DNA of 64,000 nucleotides from Harriotta raleighana (taxonomy: Eukaryota). Below, piece after piece: positions 1-10,530 of the stretch (the first letter of the stretch is position 1; each line of letters begins with the position of its first letter). The stretch is from contig JBNZDD010013589.1 of assembly GCA_050575255.1 (NCBI GenBank), forward strand, positions 1,268,374 to 1,332,373, read 5' to 3'. The position numbers and the translations under genes were made by a program. A model generated the notes under the pieces. It searched no databases. It saw nothing but the letters and a program-made list of their open reading frames with translations, and had not been told where the DNA came from.

Positions 1-415
1 TGAAGCGCTTTGAGAAGATGTGATAAGGCACTTTTGCATTGGTATATTGCAGAGGTGACTCCATGAATGGGAGACTCTTGAGTGACGCACTGGGAAAGCA
101 AAGCCTTTCTACTGATTCTACTGATTCTGGTTGCCAGGGTGTACAGTGTACAGCACGGTAACTATATTCAACGAATGTGAGAAAGATTTCTGATACTATT
201 CTGCCAGTGTTGATTGGTATGACTGCTGTTCATTCTGGCTGCGTAACTTTTCACAGTGCAACTTGTTGCTAAGCCTCATTATTTGTGACCTACAAACGCC
301 ACTCGTGGGCTTTCTCCAGTTTTCTAGTGAATTGATTTAATCATGAGGTGTGCTGCGCCTGTGCTGGTGGGTTAAGCGTTCAATTGAAACCCTATCTATA
401 CCTGTACCTTTCCAG

Positions 416-589
416 GTTATCCCCTGCCTATTACGCCCATCGGATCATCCAGTACCTCTCTCGTAGGGACAGCATTCGACAGCGCTCGATGCGATACCCG
501 ACGAATCGAACGCGAGCCAGTTTGGAAAATTCAGCGAGCAGCCAGTCTCAGCCCATTGATAGCGCTGATATGGATTTTGATGATTTTGA
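416..589 (+). CDS. AMBRA1: AMBRA1 internal coding exon (174 nt, phase 2-2)
   Basis: Acceptor cctgtacctttccAG (414-415) and donor GA|GTAAGT (590). Translates (R)[57 protein letters not shown](E), matching recalled vertebrate AMBRA1 [29 protein letters not shown]...DLEFEDFE. Confidence 0.96.
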
Positions 590-1777
590 GTAAGTACAGT
601 TTGCATTTTTCATTCAATTCATGGCAGGACTGCAAGTGGTGGCTGACACTTAAACCCTCAAAGCAATAAATAACCCCTTGGCAGAGTTCCAAATGGGACG
701 TACCACGACAGTGTCTAAGTAACAGAGGCTTGATCCATGTATCTCCCTCTGTCTCCTTCCTTTCCCCGACGATAAATCACTTGAACTAATGAATGGCAAT
801 TGGCATCTAATTTGAGAATCCATCTTGCCTCTTTGCTAGTAATAATAATGATAATGCTAGGTGGTGAGATTTAACATAGCCTTTTACATCAAGAGCAGAG
901 CTCTCCATTGCCTATGTTATGATCCTCCAGGGTCCTGAACAGCAAAAATGTACAAAAGAGACATATAGACAAGAAAGCTACAGGTTCAAATGGCAGTCTT
1001 GCTTTCCTATCCCTCCCCTATTCCCCCGGCGATGGCTAGTGGGGACCCTCTATTACATTTTCTGGTGTTTGAATGATAGCTAGCCCTCTGTTGCAGTTGC
1101 CTCAGTGATTCTCATGGCCAAGTAACTTGCTAATAACTGACTAATAATGCACACCCACAAATAATTCATCTGTGGGTGAAATTCTGCATCTCAGCAGGAG
1201 GAGGAAAAGATTCTAGCCCCCTTTGAGAGAAAAGTCGGTCGTTTGCCTAATACCTTTATCAGAAGTCCAGCTGTGGGGCTCAGTACTCTTTTCTGCTTAT
1301 GTCTTCACTGTTGTCAGGGCCAGGCTTCTAATGCTCTGTGATTGCTGTCTATGGAATACTGCTAGTTAGGGTGGAATGTTAGATTGACGGCTTGGATTTT
1401 CGTTTATTCCCTCAAGTTTAAGGGATCATTTCTGAGTTTACTGCCTGAAAATGTGGCTGGTTGTTCGATTCCTCGCATAGATAAAACAAGAGTCTATTGT
1501 GCTGCAAATTGTTAAATGATTCGCAGCTAACCTAACAATTGTTTATTCTGTAACTGATCTACAAAAGTAAACAATTTAAATGACTCACAAATAATGCCCT
1601 TTTCTCAATTCTTCACATAGTTTTAATGCTGAACCGCTGAGGTCTTTGTATGTGCTTGGCACTGTATCAGGCTTGTGTTGACATTTCAAGTGGTGCTTAA
1701 TTAGGTTTAGACTGGCGCCATACATGTGCTTGTGTGTGTGGTATTGCAAATGAGCATCTTGTTGAACTATGTATACA

Positions 1778-2160
1778 CTTAGCAGCTTGGCTCAGTTAGT
1801 ATCTTAACGCTCTTTCAACTCTGGGAGGAAAAGTTGTGAATTTGAACCCAATGTTGGGACATTGGTCTGACTGTTAGAACTGCTGTTTAGATAAGATGTT
1901 AGATTGAGATCCCACCCGCCCGTTCTTCAAATGAATATTTGAGAGATTATATGAGCAAATAGCTGTGACGCTATTCATGCAGAAAAGGGATTTTTTTTCT
2001 TTCAGAGTCTTGTTCAACACCTTTACAGATATATCAGTTGTCCACATCATGGCTACAAGTGGGAGATTGTTTGTTGGCTCAAAATGGAAATTGTTTGTTG
2101 CAGTTCGGTAATTATTGTAAAATGCTTTGTGACGTTTCGACATGATAGGCCTGTAAGGAA
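1778..2160 (+). mobile_element. Old, diverged DeuSINE-like element
   Basis: tRNA-like head gcagcttggctcagttag, Deu-like gataagatgttagattgagatccc, and tail tgtaaaatgctttgtgacgtttcgacatgataggc. Confidence 0.5.
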
Positions 2161-4058
2161 GAACGGAAGTTTTATTTTGCTTTTGAATTGTGCTTCGATC
2201 AGATGTTAAGGTGATCAAGTTAGCTTTGTCCCAGCCAGTGCAAATTGTAATGCACTAATTGGCACAGCCCTTTCTGTATGAGTGATTTCATTGTTCCTTG
2301 ATTGGAAAATTTGATTTTGAAGACAGGACTGTTTGGATGTAATTAATGGCTGGCTTCTTCTCCAGGCTGCCAGTTATCCGATGATCCTGCATTAATTCCC
2401 CCATTCAGTTTGGAATAGTGTAAAACAGCTGCTGTGTAAATTCTGTCGAATATTCGCCTATTTTTCATTCTTCAACAAGCTTTAATTATTCCCAGCTGGG
2501 AGCAGTTTTCCCTGCCCTTAACATTGCAACAAAATAATGCAAGCAACTGATCAATAAGTAAATTCTACTAGCTCTTCAAAAAAAATTAAAAGCTGTTGTA
2601 CAAAACCATTAAAAAGATTGGAAAAAAATCATTGGCAGTAGCAATATTAATTGACTATAAACCCATCACAATTGACTGAGCTCCAGATATTATTTGTGAA
2701 TTATTAAATGCTTGATTTTTTATAGACTTCTAGGAGTTGAGTGAGGCAAGATTTGTGGGAGTAACACAAAATCTATTCTGTCCATTTAAAAAGTACTATT
2801 CCAGTGTTTTCACTTTAAGGGCTGGTATGATTGGGAGCCAAAGTTTTGACTTAAACTTTCACTTGAGTGGTTTATTGCTGAGTTGTGATCAATCATGTCT
2901 CTGGTTCCCCATATCCCTGTGCCCTGCGGAGCCCTGAACTGCATTCTACTGACAGGTGATTTTTTTGTGCTTGGATAAGTGAAGCCTTGAGAACTGGCTC
3001 GCTTGCTCAAGTTCAGTACTGACAATGTTGATCTGAAAGGAAGGCTGACTGGCCTAATCTGTACCCAGTTATTTAATCCTGAACTCGTAGGTGTATCAAA
3101 TAATGCTGCTTTAGTTCTGTTCTACCAAGCGGTCAGCGGTCACCAGTTATGCAGGATTCCTGTAGCGATGGGTGGAAATGAGACAGTAGGAAGATACAGG
3201 CAGTTTCTGTGTGATGTTTGATCCTTCAGTCAAAGGCCCTGAATATTTGGAAAATAATGTAAACCGGCGTAACACTGAAATGAGCTTTCTTTTTTGCAAA
3301 CCTGTCCTCATTCTGAGGTCTTTAACAAGGATCTTACAACTTTATCTGTTCTGATTATCCATCATTATTTTTAGAATGTCTAGTTCCCAGTTTCACATTT
3401 CTTTTTATTTGTTTCTTTTTTAACATACACACAAACACACGTGCACACTTCAGAGGATGCGTTTCACTGGCTGTGAGCAGTCATTGATTGATTCGGAGCC
3501 TTCAGTTCCCAGGTCATGCTGCTACACTGCTTTCCGCCCTCTGAAATTGCATGGAAATGGAGGAGCTCTGGACTCTTATGTCTCTATTCTGTTTTTAACA
3601 AAGCAGGTGTCATGTTAGCATGTCAAATGTTTCAGCTTCGCCATTTCTGAAACCTTCTAGTGAGCGGTGGGGTTTGTGATGGGCAAATACATAATATTAT
3701 GGATCTCGTCTGGTTAATGAAGGCTTTTTGTTTATTCACTGTAAAACTTTGCTCTGTGTGTAAAGAGACATTGATTCCACACAGAGCTGTCTAATAAATC
3801 CTTGCTTTGGGAGGTGTGGAAAAATCCTCCCTCACCCACAAGCAACATTGCCCTTTTAAAAGGCATTATATTCATTGTTTTGTGGGTTTCGAAGCCAATG
3901 AAGTGGGAGGTTTGCCAATTTTTTTCTCCTCCTGAGGGCAGTGTCCCTCTAACAGCAGAACTGTGGTATTGAGGAGCACTTTGATCATGCTTGGTACCCA
4001 GTAGGCATGATACCTTATTTATGTCACTCGGAAGGAGGAGATTAACACACTGTTTAGA

Positions 4059-4248
4059 TCGGCGGTGGCCAACCTTTTTGGCCTGCCAACAAAATAGATG
4101 TACTTGATTGATTATTTCTTGATTTTATACCACAAATCGAGGAATATTCAATCAAGAAATAAATGGATATTGATTTGAAATAGACTCGCCGTGTCTAAGG
4201 CGAGTCTTTGACGGGCCACTTCTTGTCCGCCCTCGGGTCATGGCCACT
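4059..4248. mobile_element. Short hAT (Charlie-like) non-autonomous element remnant
   Basis: Left end cggcggtggccaacctttttggc resembles CAG(T/C)GGT-CCAACCTTTTT termini. Internal hairpin agactcgcc-gtgtctaa-ggcgagtct. Right end degenerate. Confidence 0.45.
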
Positions 4249-4449
4249 TACTTAGTTAATGTTTTGAATCCGATGGGGGATAAAAGTGAACCTGGAGAGG
4301 TCAGTGCTTGCGAGAATTGACCAATGTCGCCTGCATGTCTTTGTGCCTGAGGGGTGAGGTTATTGCAGGGTAATTTAGCAGAAGTTGGAGACTGTAAAAA
4401 GAAGAGTACAGGGGATGCCTGATATGATGGAATACTTGAGACTTTTAAT

Positions 4450-4560
4450 CCTGTGTGTGAATGTTTGTGGATGTGTCTGTCTGTCTCGCTGTGACTGTCT
4501 GCCTTTGTGTTATGTGAGTGTCTTTCTGTGTGTCTGTATGTGTGCCTACCTCTCGTGTGT
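4450..4560. repeat. Degenerate (TG)/(TGTC) low-complexity tract
   Basis: Visible TG/TCTG repeats; the same tract resumes at 7181-7470 after the L2 insertions. Confidence 0.8.
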
Positions 4561-6741
4561 TCCGTGACCACATCACAGAGGCTCTCACATCTTCTGACCT
4601 CCCATCCCTCTGGTGTTCCACCCACAGCGATCCTGAAGCAGCTGTCCAGCTGCTCCACGATCGCCTCTCCTCCATCTTCAACTCCCTCGTCCCCCTGAAA
4701 TCCAGGACCATCTCTAAACCCACCCGCTCCCCCTGGAGGAATACATTCATCTCCGCAACCTTAAATCTCAAACCCCGCTGCTCGAGCGCAGGTGGCGGAA
4801 AACCGATCTCATGGTTCACCGCAAACTGTGGCTCGAGCATCTCCACAGCTACCATCGTTCCTTGTCCCATGCGAAAACGGAGTACTATTCCAGCATCATC
4901 CTTGAGGCAAATAATAACCCCAAAGTCCTCTTTTACACCACCCATCATCTCCTCCGTGCACCCCTGCAAGCCTCCTCAATCTTCACTTCAAATGCAAAGT
5001 GTGAGGAAGTCATGGACTTATGCTCCAAATTAAAGAAAATCCGCCAGGCAGCATCATCCTCCCTCCTCTCGTCACCCACCACCATTCCATCCCACTCACC
5101 CACCCCATCATAGGCTCCTACTTCAACCCCCTTCCTGCACTCTTTCTCCCCCATTTCTCTTTCCTCCCTCTCACACACCCTCACCTCTATGAAGCCAACC
5201 ACCTGCTGCCTCGACCCCATCCCTACCAACCCATGCTCACCCAGCTCCCCCTCCTCTGCCCACTGTTGGCTGACATCATCAACCAGTCCTTCTTCACAGG
5301 ATCACTCCCTGCCCCCCTTAAAACTGCTTCCATCACCCCCCTCCTTAAAAAACATTCCCTAGACCCCTCAAACCCTAGCCACTACCACCCCATCTCAAAC
5401 CTGCCCTTCCTTTCAAAAGCTCTTGAATGTATTGTTGCAAACCAACTCCGCGCCCACATTTCTTCCTACTCCCTCTTCGAACCCCTACAGTCCGTTTCCG
5501 CCCTTCCCACAGTACAGAGACTGCGCTTGTGAAGTCACAAACGATGTCCTATCTATCTACGACCAGGGCTCCCTCTGTCTCCTTATCCTCCTGGACCTGT
5601 CCCCTAAGTTCGACACAATCGACCACGCTATCCTCCACCACCGCCTGTCCTCTGTCATCCACCTCAGTGGGACCGCACTCGCCTGATTCGAGTCCTACCT
5701 CACAAACCGCCAGCAAACCATTCTTGGCCCCCTCCTCTTCCTCATCTGTATGCTCCCTCTTGGGGATATCATCCACAGACATGGGGCACAGACATGTATA
5801 CGGATGACACCCAGCTCTATTTCTCCACTTCACTTTGCGACCCCCAGTTCTATCTGATGTTCTGTCAGCCTGCCTGTCAGACATCAGGAGCTGGATGAGT
5901 GCAAATTTCTTACCGTTGAATGTTGACAAGACGGAGGCCATACTCTTTGGCTCTCGTCAACATCTCCATTCGCATGGCTCTCACCTCCTCCACCTTCTCG
6001 ATCTGCCCCTAAAACTCTCCAAACCTGTGTGCAACCTAAGCGTCAGGTTGCGCACAACTGCCCTTCCTCCCTCACATCCGGTCCCTCACCAGCACCGCCT
6101 TCTTCCACCTCCGACAGATCGCCTGTCTCCACCAATACCTCACCCCAAAAGCCCCTGAAACCTGGTCCATGCCTTTGTCACCTCTCGGCTGGACTGTTGC
6201 AATGCGCTCCTCTCCGGTCTCCCTTCCTCCACAGTCCACAGATCCAGCTTATCCAGAACTCTGCCGCTCGCGTTCTCACCCGCACCAAACTTCACTCCTC
6301 CATTACCCCAGTCCTTGCCAAACTTCAATGGCTCCCTATCCTAGAGAAGATTGATTTCGAGATCCTCACCCTCGTCTTCAAATCCCTCCACTCCTCTGCA
6401 CCCCCCTACTTCTTTGACCTCCTCTCTCCTCAAACCAGCACCCATTGCCTTCGCTCCACCAGGTCTGGCCTCCTCCATATCCCCCAAATCCTCCGCTCTA
6501 CCCTCGGCAGCCATGCCTTCAGTCACTATGCCCCGAAGCTCTGGAATTCCCTTCCTGACTCCCTCCGCCTCGCCCCCTCTTTTTCCAGTTTCAGGTCCCA
6601 GCTGAAGACCTTTCTTTTCGACTGCGCCTTTCTATCTCTGCTCCTGGCTCGGTCCCGGGATCTGCTATTGTGAAGCACTCTGAGACGCTCTTGAGACGCC
6701 ATTTATATGGAGGGCGCTATATAAATCAAAGTTGTTGTTGT
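4560..6741 (+). mobile_element. L2 LINE, 5'-truncated, frameshifted RT
   Basis: RT fragments [95 protein letters not shown]. 3' end ggagggcgctatataaatcaaagttgttgttgtt. Confidence 0.93.
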
Positions 6742-7180
6742 TATCACTCCCACCCTTGCCTGGCTCCATTGGCTCCCCATCTCCCAGAGGATCGAATTCA
6801 AGATCCTCGTCTTCACTTTCAGGCCATTCACAGCCTTGAACCCTCCTATCTCTCTGACCAGCTGTCCCCCTATGAACTTCCCCACCCCCTCCGTTCAGTG
6901 GGCTCAGATCTGCTGCATATCCCCTGACCTGCGCAACCATTGTTGGGTGGGCATTCAGCCACTCTGCCCCCACACTCTGAATTCCATTCCGAAGTCCCTC
7001 CGCCTCGCCCCCTCCCCAGCCTCCTTCAAATCTCGCTTCAAGACTCCTCTTCGATGGATCCATTGGCAACTCCTCCCCCCCACCCTTTCCTCAGCTGGGG
7101 TCTGAATCAATAACTGTCCAGCACCTTGGGATGTCCTCCTGAGGTGAAGAGCGCTATACAAATGTAATTTTGTTGTTGAT
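6742..7180 (+). mobile_element. Second L2 3' fragment directly after the first
   Basis: ctccattggctcccc...gaggatcgaattcaagatcctc; ends gcgctatacaaatgtaattttgttgtt. Confidence 0.88.
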
Positions 7181-7470
7181 TGTGTTTTGTGGGTGTGTCT
7201 GTCTGTCTGTCTCTATGCTTGTTTCTCTGTATCTACCTAAACGCTTGAGTGTTTGCATCTGTTTTTTGCGTGTGTCTGCTTCTGTGTGTCTGTCTGTATG
7301 TATGTCTGCCTCTCTGTGTCGTGATTGTGTCTCCCTCTCCGTGTTGTGTGTGTGACTAATTCTTTGTGATTTGCATGTATGTGTGTGTGTGTCTACCTCT
7401 CTGTGTCGTGTGTGTATACAAATAACATGCACATAGTAATGGTTCCAGCAATGTTTTGTGTGTGTGTCTC
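7181..7470. repeat. Degenerate (TG)/(TGTC) low-complexity tract
   Basis: Visible repeats; source of the spurious HT/CV-rich ORFs. Confidence 0.8.
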
Positions 7471-9242
7471 TAATATAATTCTTTAGGTGTAACCAGTTGT
7501 GATTTCAGTTGTTGTATTTGGGTCTAATTTAAATACATTCCCTGAAGGAGAATGAGTGGGGAGTTATTCAATCCATCATTGTGCATTAAGCAGGAGGGAT
7601 GTAACCTTAATCGCTGAGCTCTAGTTGAGCCATACCACAGAATTGTGTTATTAGCATTGAAAAATATTCCAGGCTGCATGGAAAAGCCATCGGTTCGTTC
7701 AGAAAGATAAACGCATTTGCAATCACAGATCAGAGGTTGATCGCATTTTATTCCTCCACAAACAACTAAATTCTGTCAAGCTTCCAACTAAAGTGGAGGT
7801 TTTGTTTGGTCAGCCAGGTGTCTGACACACAGGAAGAACCCCATCGTTGTGCCTAAAAATATCCGGAGGTTTGTATTATGGAGATTCCCCTTTTGTCTGC
7901 AATGGAGTGTGCACTCTCTACCTGGGAGGATGCAATCCTGCTTACTGAATTTCAGGAAGTATTTGGCACAGGCTGGAAAGAATCAAGGGTCTGGGATCCC
8001 AGAATGTGCTTTGGGGATAACTCAAGCTGTTGAGACACACAACTCTTCATGAAACTTATGAGCTTTCCTTGAGGAGAGTTTGCTGAGCAGGAAGTGAGGA
8101 GAGTGAACAGAATTGATAAAGTAAAACTAAGCTGTGTGTTGTGCTATGGTGAGATCGGCAATGCATAGGTTGTGCTTCAGGCCTACAACAGCCTCAGCCA
8201 CAGCAGAGTGACGGGGTCTAGGTTGTCTTTATCAGGACAGGTGTTAGGCTTACAGCCCCACCTGATCAGTTTATTCAAATAATTATTTGAGGAAGATTGA
8301 TGAGGGTTAGAGGAAAAGATTAAGGTGTCAGTAAGGATGGCTGCAGTGTGGTGAGATCGAACCAGCTACAGCAGACTTCTGAATTGATTCTTTTGTGATT
8401 CCATTACTGCATTTCTTACGTTTGTTTTCCTGATAGAAGTCTATTTTCTCTCAATCCTCCTTCACTTGTAGTACTTGTTCTTTATTTATCTTGCTCCATT
8501 GCATGTTGCTAAGGGAAAACCTTTCTCTATCAGTATGATTTGTGATCTCTCCCAAGCTGGATTCATTATGTGAATTAGATCTATTCCCCTCTAGAGTTTT
8601 GAGGCCCGTTTGTTTATTTTTTGTCTTGGGCGCCTGGGGTTTGACAGTTTCTGGCTAGAGTTTTACAAAACAAAATTCGCACACAGATTGATTCACGGAT
8701 GTTGCCAAAAAATACAACAAGCCCAGTTTGCGAAAATGGCAAATTGCACCCCTAATGATAGATGGAAAATAGCCAAAACGATTGGGCTCCCTAGACCAAT
8801 CTACCCAAATTCTCTTTTTAAAAATTCTCTTGTGTGGCACCTGAAATAACCTGTCACTGTGCTGAATGCTTATATTGTCAGTAAATAACTTACGTCTATT
8901 GCCTGTGTGAGCACATTAGGCCAGATTTAATTTTAATGATCAAGTATGTTAAGTCAAGTACCAAATTTTATTTTTCGCTATGCAGTGTTTCCCATCACAC
9001 TTGTGCCTTTGAGATTCATTGTGTGAGTTGATGAACAATGGAAGGAGAAACTGAATCAATTTCCCCCCACAATGCTTCAGTGTGAGATGTTCAGAGCAAT
9101 TTCGATCATGGCTTTCTTGAGACAACATTTACTTCATGAAGAGGCAGAAGCTGAGATTTATTGTCTTAAATTGTCTAGACAATAAAGAAGATTCCCCACA
9201 AGACTTCCCACTAATGGCTTCTCCTTCAGAGCCCTTACTCTT

Positions 9243-10530
9243 AAGGGTGGCATCCCCCAGTGTTCCGTCCTTGGCCCTCTCCTTTTCAATATCTATATGC
9301 CCCCCAGTTGGTGACATCATCCTCAGACATGGGGGTCAACTTGCACATGTATGTGGATGACGTCCAACTCTATCTTTCTTCCTCCACCCTCAAGTCCAGC
9401 ATCACTTCTGTACTGACTGTCTGTCAGACATCAAGTCCTGGATGAGAGCTAACTTTCCACAGTTGAATGTCAACAAAACCGAGGCCCTACTGATTGGCTC
9501 GCACAGCACAGTGCCTCTTCTTCTCAGGTACTGGCAGCATCATCCTCTATGATTGTACCCTCTATCTCACCAAGTGGAGCTCCTGTGGCTCAGTGGTTAG
9601 AGCACTCGCCTTACAAGCCTTACAAGCATGAGACATGTGTTCGAATCCAGGCAGATCAGGGCGAAACCTTGGGCAAGTTTCCTTACTCCACATGCCTAAT
9701 AATAATCCCTCCAACAAAACCACAATAATAAAATTGGTCATTTCAATCCACGACTGTTTGTGGGACACTGCTGTGCGCAATTGGCTGCCGCATTCCGCCC
9801 ACAAATATACAGTCAATTCACTTTACAGTATACTCTGTGAAGCGCTTTGGGATGTTGATAAGATGTGAAAAGCGCTATACCAAATGCAAGGATTATTATT
9901 ATTATTATTATTAAGCCATTAAGGAACCTAGGTGTCTTCCTTGATCCTCAACTGTCTTTTCTCCCCCACATCTATACCATGAACTGCTCTTCCTTCCATC
10001 TCTTTTGCAAGTTTGTCACCCCTCAGGCCGCTGAAACTCTCATTCATGCCTTCATCACGTCCAGTGTCGACTACGCCAATGCCCTACTAGTCAGCCTTCC
10101 CAATTCTTCCCTCCATAGACTGCAGATCATCCAGAACTCTGCAGTCCATGTCCTGTCCTGTACCAAGCTCCATGATCCCATCTCCCCCATTCTCCCCCAA
10201 CTTCATTGACTTCATCATCCAGAGGATTGAATTCAAGATGCTGGTCCTCAACTTCAAAGCCCTCATGGCATTGCCCCATCTACCTTTTGCGACCTTCTTA
10301 CCCCCTACCAACCTTTCTGCTCCCTCCACTCAGCGAGCTCCGGCCTGCTACATATTCCCTGATCCACCTGCGGACAAGCCATCGGTCATTCCTTTCCCCT
10401 CTCTTCCCTCCACCCTCCCATCTCTTCCCTCCACTCTCCCCAATCCTGACCCCAGCTTGGGCCAAAACACTGACTGCACTTTGGGATGTTCTTCTAACGT
10501 GAAAGGCGCTATACAAATTTTTGTTGTTGT
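9243..10530 (+). mobile_element. L2 3' fragment interrupted by a SINE
   Basis: HMYVDDVQLYL (YADD region), RNLGVFLDPQLSF, AETLIHAFITSSVDYANALL; tail gtgaaaggcgctatacaaatttttgttgttg. Confidence 0.9.
9576..9913 (+). mobile_element. tRNA-Val-headed Deu-domain SINE, full length, short form
   Basis: A box tggctcagtggttag, B box gttcgaatcc, Deu-like ctgtttgtgggacactgctgtgcgcaattggctgccgc, L2-like tail, (ATT)n end. Confidence 0.92.

Noticed and set aside
348-415. N-terminal part of the 81-aa ORF 348-593
   Set aside because: Intronic read-through upstream of the acceptor at 414-415; only 416-589 matches AMBRA1.
4248-4969. Minus-strand ORFs of 136 and 174 aa
   Set aside because: Antisense to L2 and to a TG-rich tract; composition artefacts.
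9576-9660. tRNA-Val gene
   Set aside because: SINE head with A and B boxes, a duplicated gccttacaa and continuation into the SINE body; same for the other copies.
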